A stretch of DNA of 64,000 nt from Blastocladiella emersonii ATCC 22665. Lineage: Eukaryota; Fungi; Blastocladiomycota. Position numbers and translations under genes: made by a program. Location of the stretch: positions 248,001 through 312,000 of the forward strand of contig JANHCV010000013.1 in the NCBI GenBank assembly GCA_025594325.1, written 5' to 3'. Shown here in pieces: positions 58,529-64,000 of this stretch; position 1 is the first letter of the stretch, and each line of letters opens with the position of its first letter. Below the pieces are notes generated by a model, which saw only the letters and a program-made list of their open reading frames with translations, was not told where the DNA came from and made no database searches.

Positions 58529-60380
58529 CAAGAATATATTCAACGTGTCTACCAACGTGTCACCAACAGTGTCGGCCACAGGTGTCTCAGACGTGTCCAA
58601 GGCATATGTTGATGCTGCCATCAGTGCTGTCTATGCCACAGTTGGTGCACCTGTCGCTGGGCCTGGACTCAGCGTGTCAGGGACAACTGTCTCTGCCAAG
58701 GTCAATGACCAGACACTGGGTGTTGGTCCAAGCGGTCTCTATGTCAAGTCAATCAGTACGGCCCAGCTCCTGCCAGCCAGCGTCACAGCAGACAAGCTTG
58801 TGAGTGTCACAGCTGCACAGGTCACAGGTAAGCTTGTTGATGCACAGCTGGACACTGTGTCAGCATCCAAGGTCACTGGTGTGCTCAGTGCGTCCAGCCT
58901 TCCTGTGCTTGGGACAGCGTCCATTGCAGATGGCTCTGTGACAGACGCCAAGGTTGCCTCAGTGTCTGGGTCCAAGCTGGTTCCAGGAAGTGTCTCAACA
59001 CCTGCTCTTGCAGACGCCTCAGTGACAGACGCCAAGGTTGCGTCTGTGTCCGGGTCCAAGCTGGTTCCAGGGACTGTCAGCACAGCAGCACTTGCAGACA
59101 CCGCAATAACAGATGTCAAGGTTGCCTCAGTGTCTGGGTCCAAGCTGGTTCCAGGGACTGTCAGCACAGCTGCCCTTGCAGACGCTGCTGTCACCAACGC
59201 CAAGCTGGCCACTGGTATAGACGGTGCAAAGCTCAACGTGTCATCTGTGGGAACAGCACACCTTGCAGCAGGGTCAGTCACCAATGCCAAGGTCACAGAT
59301 GTGTCTGCCACCAAGCTGACAGGGACGCTTGATCCTGCACGCATTGCAGACAGTTCACTGACCAATGCCAAGCTGGCCACTGGGATAGACGCTGCCAAGT
59401 TGTCTGGGACCATTGACCTTGCACGACTGCCTGACGTGTCCAGCAAGGTGTCAAGTGTCAACGGAGCCATTGTCACTGGGACGCTCCCCCAGTCCACCCT
59501 TGGACTTGGCAGTGTCTTTACCTTTGCCAGTACTGTGGACAGCACATCAACGTCCACTGGGGCAGTCACTGTGGCAGGTGGCCTTGGTGTGGGCAAGCAG
59601 CTCACTGTGCCAAACGTCCTTGTCCGGAACACAGTCAGTGCAAATGTGGTCTTTGACTCTGCTGCCAACACACTCACATACATTGACTTCAAGCAAGCAG
59701 GTGTCCTGAAGAGCAACCTGGCATGCACTGCACTGGGCACCATTGAGATTGCTTCAGCAACCAATGGTGGTGTGTCCTTGGCTGCAGGTGGCGGCAACGT
59801 GGTTGTGGGCTCGGCGACGCTTGGCACAGAAAAGCTCCGTGTCAATGGCACTGGTCGCTTCACAGGGCAGCTCACCCTTGACCTCGCTCCAGTGGCAGGC
59901 ACTGACGCAGCAAACAAGGCGTACGTTGACTCGCGGTCTGGCATGACCCGGTACGTCGCTCAGGCTGAGCACCGCTCTACAAACGGAGTGACCACAGGCG
60001 GCAAGATCATTGGCAGCACAGCATCGACGGGCCCGGCCACCTTTGCGTTCCAGTCCACGGCAGGCGCGTTCACGTCTGTGATCAATGGATGTGTCAAACC
60101 CCCTGTCAGTGGCTACTACCTCGTCCATGCAAAGGGCTATTACGCAAACGGCACGCTCCCTGGAGCCCACACTGTGAACTTTGCGCTGTACAATATGACG
60201 GACATGATTGCAGTGTCACTTGTCACCGGGTGCCGCGCTGAAGGCAACGTCCAGTTCCTTCAGTTCTCGAGCATTGAGTACCTTGACGCGGCCAAGAGCT
60301 ACTCTTTCATCTGGATCCCGTCGGTCGCAGTTGCCAACAACTGCCAGGTCATCATTCAAAGCCACTGGACCCTGCTCTAA
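58524..60380 (+). CDS. Fibre/spike-like virion protein, 618 aa
   Basis: AYVD neck motifs, 28-aa repeats ADxSVTDAKVASVSGSKLVPGTVSTAAL, STGAVTVAGGLGVG, and a beta-rich C-terminal head (KPPVSGYYLV, C1q/TNF-like pattern). Confidence 0.7.
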   Translation: MVKNIFNVSTNVSPTVSATGVSDVSKAYVDAAISAVYATVGAPVAGPGLSVSGTTVSAKVNDQTLGVGPSGLYVKSISTAQLLPASVTADKLVSVTAAQVTGKLVDAQLDTVSASKVTGVLSASSLPVLGTASIADGSVTDAKVASVSGSKLVPGSVSTPALADASVTDAKVASVSGSKLVPGTVSTAALADTAITDVKVASVSGSKLVPGTVSTAALADAAVTNAKLATGIDGAKLNVSSVGTAHLAAGSVTNAKVTDVSATKLTGTLDPARIADSSLTNAKLATGIDAAKLSGTIDLARLPDVSSKVSSVNGAIVTGTLPQSTLGLGSVFTFASTVDSTSTSTGAVTVAGGLGVGKQLTVPNVLVRNTVSANVVFDSAANTLTYIDFKQAGVLKSNLACTALGTIEIASATNGGVSLAAGGGNVVVGSATLGTEKLRVNGTGRFTGQLTLDLAPVAGTDAANKAYVDSRSGMTRYVAQAEHRSTNGVTTGGKIIGSTASTGPATFAFQSTAGAFTSVINGCVKPPVSGYYLVHAKGYYANGTLPGAHTVNFALYNMTDMIAVSLVTGCRAEGNVQFLQFSSIEYLDAAKSYSFIWIPSVAVANNCQVIIQSHWTLL

Positions 60381-61489
60381 AGCCCGCGGTCCCACTTTTC
60401 TTGGACTCGGACTGGGACGCGCCTGACCTGGGTTGAGGGCTCCCTTGGCATGACCGGGGTGCGCGCAGCAGGGAGCCTTGGGAGACTTGGACCTACGCGC
60501 TGCCTTGTTGGCGGGTCCTGGGTCGCTGTGACTGGCTGGACGTCGCTGCGTGGATAGAAGCCCTTCAAGTCACCAACCTTGTACAATGGGTTGCTCACAC
60601 CAGAGCCCTTGCGGACAGCTGTGACTTGGTGCACTGTGGACGTCCATACTGGCTTTCCCTTTGCTTCCATGGCTGTCTTGTACGGCTCACGGACACGTAC
60701 CTGTGTTCCAACTTTGAGCAGCGCACTGAGTGGGTCACCCTCTGGCTTGCCCTTGGCAGCACGGATGGCCTTGAGTGTGTCCTTGGCAGCGTCTTGCGGC
60801 ATGTCATGGAAGTCATTGGGCGCCTTGCCTGTAGCTCTGGACTTGCTGCTGTTGATCACGGACTCTATGGTCTCAAGGTGCTTTGGCCAGTTGTTGTTGC
60901 CTTCAATGGACAGCCACGGTGTCAGCATCCTGCAAATGGTCCCGTTCATACGCTCAACTACTCCCTGACTGTATGGCACACCTGCCTTGCCTTTGATGTG
61001 CTTTGCGCCTGTCCCCGCTTCAATGCCATTGAACTCTGTGCCATTGTCTGTCTGGATGGTTGCTGGTGTCAGGTTGTGCTTGGAGACAACGTCGTCCCAT
61101 GCCTGCCGTGTCAGGTCCTTGGTCTTGACTGGACGCAGGAACACGCGTCAAGTTGCCAAGTCTACACAGGTAAGAATGTACCTGAACCCGTTGAAGGTAC
61201 CTTTCTCGCCCATGTCTATGAGGTCCAGCTGCCAGTTGCAGCCAGGACTGGTGGACACAATGCTTTGGATGTTGCGCCGCTTCTGTGGTGCACGCTTGTA
61301 CTGCTGCCACACAGACTGCTCATTGAGCCACCTCTCCAGCTGTGCGCGGTACACGTGGTCACCAGTGTTCTCTCTGGACACAATGTCAAAGAGCCAACAG
61401 ATACCAACACCAACATTGCCGCGCTTGTAGTACAAGTCTGTCAGGAACGCTTGCTGTGCGTCTGTGAGTGGCTCTTCGTGGGCATACAT
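60377..61489 (-). pseudogene. Polinton-type retroviral-like (rve) integrase with one in-frame TGA
   Basis: LYY...WL..Q N-terminus, catalytic WQLDL, QTDNG and VVERMN, and a C-terminal VGTQVRV...FYPRSDV. The two ORFs are in frame across TGA 61148-61150 (DLAT*RVFLRP). Confidence 0.9.
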
Positions 61490-61522
61490 TGTATTGTATT
61501 AACAAAGGCGGAGACAAAAGGA

Positions 61523-62665
61523 TCACTGAGGCGTCATGTAGTAGGTCAGGGCGACAGGGACGCTGTGACCCATCTCGTGTGCGCGGTCAGCAATAGCTTG
61601 CTGCGCGGCAAAGTTCTCACTGGTGGAGATACGGCGGATCACTGCCACGCCCCCATCCTCAAAGCCAACCGTCTCTGCAGCCCGGTGAATTGACTTGCAC
61701 CAGGTGTTGCTAACCCTCTTGCGGAGCATGGTGTCCTTGAGCTCCTTGCGGGTGTAGTTGTTGAAGACAAAGTCATGGCCTTTGGCGAGACGCTGGGCAA
61801 TGATACGCTCGAGAGCGGCGGCGACCTTGGGCTCACTAACTGTGTGCGAGAAGTTGTAGCCACAGCCCTCTGTCTTGACAATGACATCGCTGGCCAGAAT
61901 CTGGGTCTCTGGGTCGTAGTACGGATACCCAGTGATTGGCTTCGTGGTCAGGAACGCGGGGTCGCTGCGCACTGCACTCACGACTTGGAGGTACAGACGC
62001 AGAAGCCCCGTGCCCGAGCCCCAGCCCTTTGCATCAACAATAGCGGCGCGAATGGCGTCACGGCTCGGGAGCGCACCAGACTCGAGTTCCTTGCGCGCGT
62101 CGCGGAAGTCAGCAGCGTCCTGCTTCTTGGCCTCTGTGTACTTTGCACCAAGTTCAGGCTGACCGTTCCAGTTGCAGTACTTGGCCAGCGCCTTGAGCGT
62201 CTCAACCTGCAGCCCCTGCTCGCCCTTGGACGCGCGGTACGCTCCCACAGCTTTGGACACGGCGTCAACGTCTTCAATGTCCATGCCCAACTTGGCAAAG
62301 GCACAGAGCACGCGGGATGTCTTGGCCTTGTCTGTGTTGCTCAGCTCAGCCAGTTCCCCGTGCTTGTTCTGAACACGCGCGTTGACGCACGCCGCAATGG
62401 ATTCCCTGGTCATCTGCGCGTACTTGACCTGGGGATCAGTGTCCATGGGTTCGCCAGACTCGTCAGCGGGAGTGTGATTGGAACTGTGATTGCAGTCACG
62501 TGACACTGCAGCCAGCGCGGCGAGGCTGGTCTCAACTCCCTTGAGCCGCTCATCAAAGGACGCCAGCAGCGGCTTGATACCATCGAGCACTTGGTGCACT
62601 ACGTCGGCGGCAACGTGCTGAGCAACAACCTTGGACACCTGGGACACAAGCGCTTCGAGAGACAT
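61523..62665 (-). CDS. Tyrosine recombinase (PLV/NCLDV type), 380 aa
   Basis: LYLQVVSAVRSD (Arg), IVKTE (Lys), VIRRIS (Arg), AHEMGHS (His) and ALTYY (Tyr) occur in canonical order. Confidence 0.75.
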   Translation of the reverse strand: MSLEALVSQVSKVVAQHVAADVVHQVLDGIKPLLASFDERLKGVETSLAALAAVSRDCNHSSNHTPADESGEPMDTDPQVKYAQMTRESIAACVNARVQNKHGELAELSNTDKAKTSRVLCAFAKLGMDIEDVDAVSKAVGAYRASKGEQGLQVETLKALAKYCNWNGQPELGAKYTEAKKQDAADFRDARKELESGALPSRDAIRAAIVDAKGWGSGTGLLRLYLQVVSAVRSDPAFLTTKPITGYPYYDPETQILASDVIVKTEGCGYNFSHTVSEPKVAAALERIIAQRLAKGHDFVFNNYTRKELKDTMLRKRVSNTWCKSIHRAAETVGFEDGGVAVIRRISTSENFAAQQAIADRAHEMGHSVPVALTYYMTPQ

Positions 62666-62754
62666 CTTACCGTAGCCGCAGAAAAGAAGGCGTCACTGAC
62701 TCAAGTGTGTTTGGCGGTATCGTTAAGTATATTGTGCGTCAATGGTAGGACACC

Positions 62755-63150
62755 ATGTGCGACAACGACGACTCGCCCAGTCCTCTTGGACGTCTGCTGC
62801 TGGACATCCACAACTGCACAGGCAAGGTGGTCGACCTGAGCCAGATGAAAGCCTTGACCATGGACGCTGTGCGCAAGCAATGGCTGGGTGACAACGAGTC
62901 TCTGACAGAGGCCATGAAGACGCTGCGTGTTGCTACTGCCCGTCTCGCTGTGTTGCAGCAAGTGAGAGGGAAGCCTGCAAAGACACAGGAGGTGTATGGT
63001 GAAGGGCCCATTTGCGACCTCCTGTGCTACTATGGCTCAAAGAAGGACCAGAACGCTGTCGTTGACTTTGCCCAGCTTGAGCAAGACTACCCTCTGGACA
63101 CGTCAGAGTGGGATGCCATCAAGAGAGAGTACCATGACTGGCTTGTCTGA
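62755..63150 (+). CDS. 131-aa viral ORF of unknown function
   Basis: Intact ORF with a CACC-ATG context and viral-type codon usage. Confidence 0.55.
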   Translation: MCDNDDSPSPLGRLLLDIHNCTGKVVDLSQMKALTMDAVRKQWLGDNESLTEAMKTLRVATARLAVLQQVRGKPAKTQEVYGEGPICDLLCYYGSKKDQNAVVDFAQLEQDYPLDTSEWDAIKREYHDWLV

Positions 63151-63265
63151 CAGTCCATGATGCGTCTTGCTGAGCTGTGTGTCCGGACAGACCGCAAGAA
63201 GAAGAAGAAGGTCAAGTTTGAGAGCGACTCGGACTACAGCAGCGCGTAAACGCGCCATGGACACA

Positions 63266-63588
63266 GGCCAACAACACAATGCACAGGACAGGACAACGAC
63301 ACGATGCACAGGACAGGACAACAACACGATGCACAGGGCAGGCCAAGGACACAATGCACAGGGCAGGCCAACGACACGATGCACAGGACGGGCCAAGGAC
63401 ACAATGCACAGGACGGGCCAACGACACAATGCACAGGACGGGCCAACAACACAATGCACAGGGCAGGCCAACAACACGATGCACAGGACAGGCCAAGGAC
63501 ACGTTGCACAGGACAGGCCAAGGACACGATGCACAGGACAGGCCAAGGACACAATGCACAGGACAGGCCAACAACACGATGCACAGGG
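63266..63588 (+). repeat. Thirteen 25-bp tandem repeats (consensus GGCCAACRACACRATGCACAGGRCA)
   Basis: Units start every 25 nt from 63266 to 63566. The period is not a multiple of 3. Confidence 0.95.
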
Positions 63589-63730
63589 TCTACAGACCAC
63601 CCACCTTACCTTTGCACAGGACAACTGCAATGGTAACTGAACACAGAGCTGGGGCTGTAGCGATACTGCCAAACGCATTAAACGCACTGTGCTCCTCGTT
63701 TTTTTTACGGTTCCAACAATAAGGAACAAC

Positions 63731-64000
63731 ATGGAGCAGACCCAAGTCCCTGCCGCGCTCAAGTCCACCATGGCCCGCCTGGACCAGCTCATGGACGACT
63801 TGCGCCAAGTTGTGCTCCACGAGCACTACGACAAGGACGCCCTCAAGATGCTCACAGCCAAGCACTCTGGCGTGCCGCAGGATGACAAGAAGAAGCTGCG
63901 CACGTACCAAGAGCTGGTCAAGCTCACCTATGGCGAGGGCAAGGAGACATCTTACTCGTTTGGTGCCAAGAAGCGCACTGATCAGAAGCGCTTTGGCCGC
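63731..64000 (+). CDS. Partial viral ORF open to the window end, possibly a replication protein (TVpol/helicase type)
   Basis: MEQTQVPAALK...YQELVKLTYGEGKETSYSFGAKKRTDQKRFGR with no stop. Preceded by a T-tract and AACAAC-ATG. The product is speculative. Confidence 0.6.
   Translation, partial: MEQTQVPAALKSTMARLDQLMDDLRQVVLHEHYDKDALKMLTAKHSGVPQDDKKKLRTYQELVKLTYGEGKETSYSFGAKKRTDQKRFGR

Larger units (their letters stand above)
53019..62689. promoter_or_regulatory. Dispersed viral upstream motif: T-tract, ~10-13 nt, GT(T)AA, 0-13 nt, ATG (about nine genes)
   Basis: Instances at 53019-53043, 53177-53197, 54246-54265, 55509-55530, 56345-56367, 58094-58116, 61499-61520 and 62666-62689 (all minus) and 58504-58523 (plus). 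Confidence 0.65.
50636..64000. mobile_element. Endogenous Polinton-like virus (left boundary uncertain, ~50.0-50.6 kb; continues beyond the window)
   Basis: Compact, intronless, CpG-poor block with MCP, minor capsid, A32 ATPase, fibre, rve integrase and tyrosine recombinase. Confidence 0.9.

Noticed and set aside
61148-61150. TGA recoding or readthrough in the virus
   Set aside because: TGA is the normal stop of the penton and recombinase genes. CGA>TGA mutation is simpler.
50636-62665. DIRS/Ngaro retrotransposon (tyrosine recombinase plus split repeats)
   Set aside because: There is no gag or RT in the block, while capsid and packaging genes are present.
52116-63588. CRISPR-like reading of the 36-bp, 43-bp and 25-bp arrays
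   Set aside because: The units are contiguous or have constant linkers, with no unique spacers and no cas genes.
63103-63792. Cys-rich or Gln/Thr-rich ORFs across the 25-bp array (also across 51854-52527)
   Set aside because: The translations are repeat artefacts. A 25-nt period cycles through all frames.

Overview
This is GC-rich eukaryotic DNA with short GT-AG introns. The gene content suggests a zoosporic fungus, possibly Blastocladiomycota-like, but that is inference. The window has three zones. (1) 1-13.9 kb and 30-50 kb are accessory DNA: decaying MLKL-like/kinase/LRR, F-box-like and ankyrin-like+LRR genes, plus a TIR element, a 5'-truncated Fanzor1 with a candidate omega-RNA end, a PIF/Harbinger with intact ends (15-bp TIRs, TTA TSD) and a truncated RNase H non-LTR retrotransposon. 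(2) 14-30 kb is mostly intact host genes: a Rieske-domain protein, a C2HC-repeat protein, LtrA, an EF-hand NADPH oxidase and homoserine kinase. (3) From about 50 kb to beyond the window end lies an endogenous, CpG-depleted Polinton-like virus (PLV). It encodes major and minor capsid proteins, an A32 packaging ATPase, a protein-VI-like amphipathic peptide, a fibre, and both a Polinton-type rve integrase and a tyrosine recombinase. Most of its genes share an upstream T-tract...GT(T)AA motif. At its left side are two ~475-bp direct repeats, each with a 28-bp dif/lox-like palindromic site whose asymmetric core is inverted between the copies. All family assignments come from motif recognition by eye; no database search was run.
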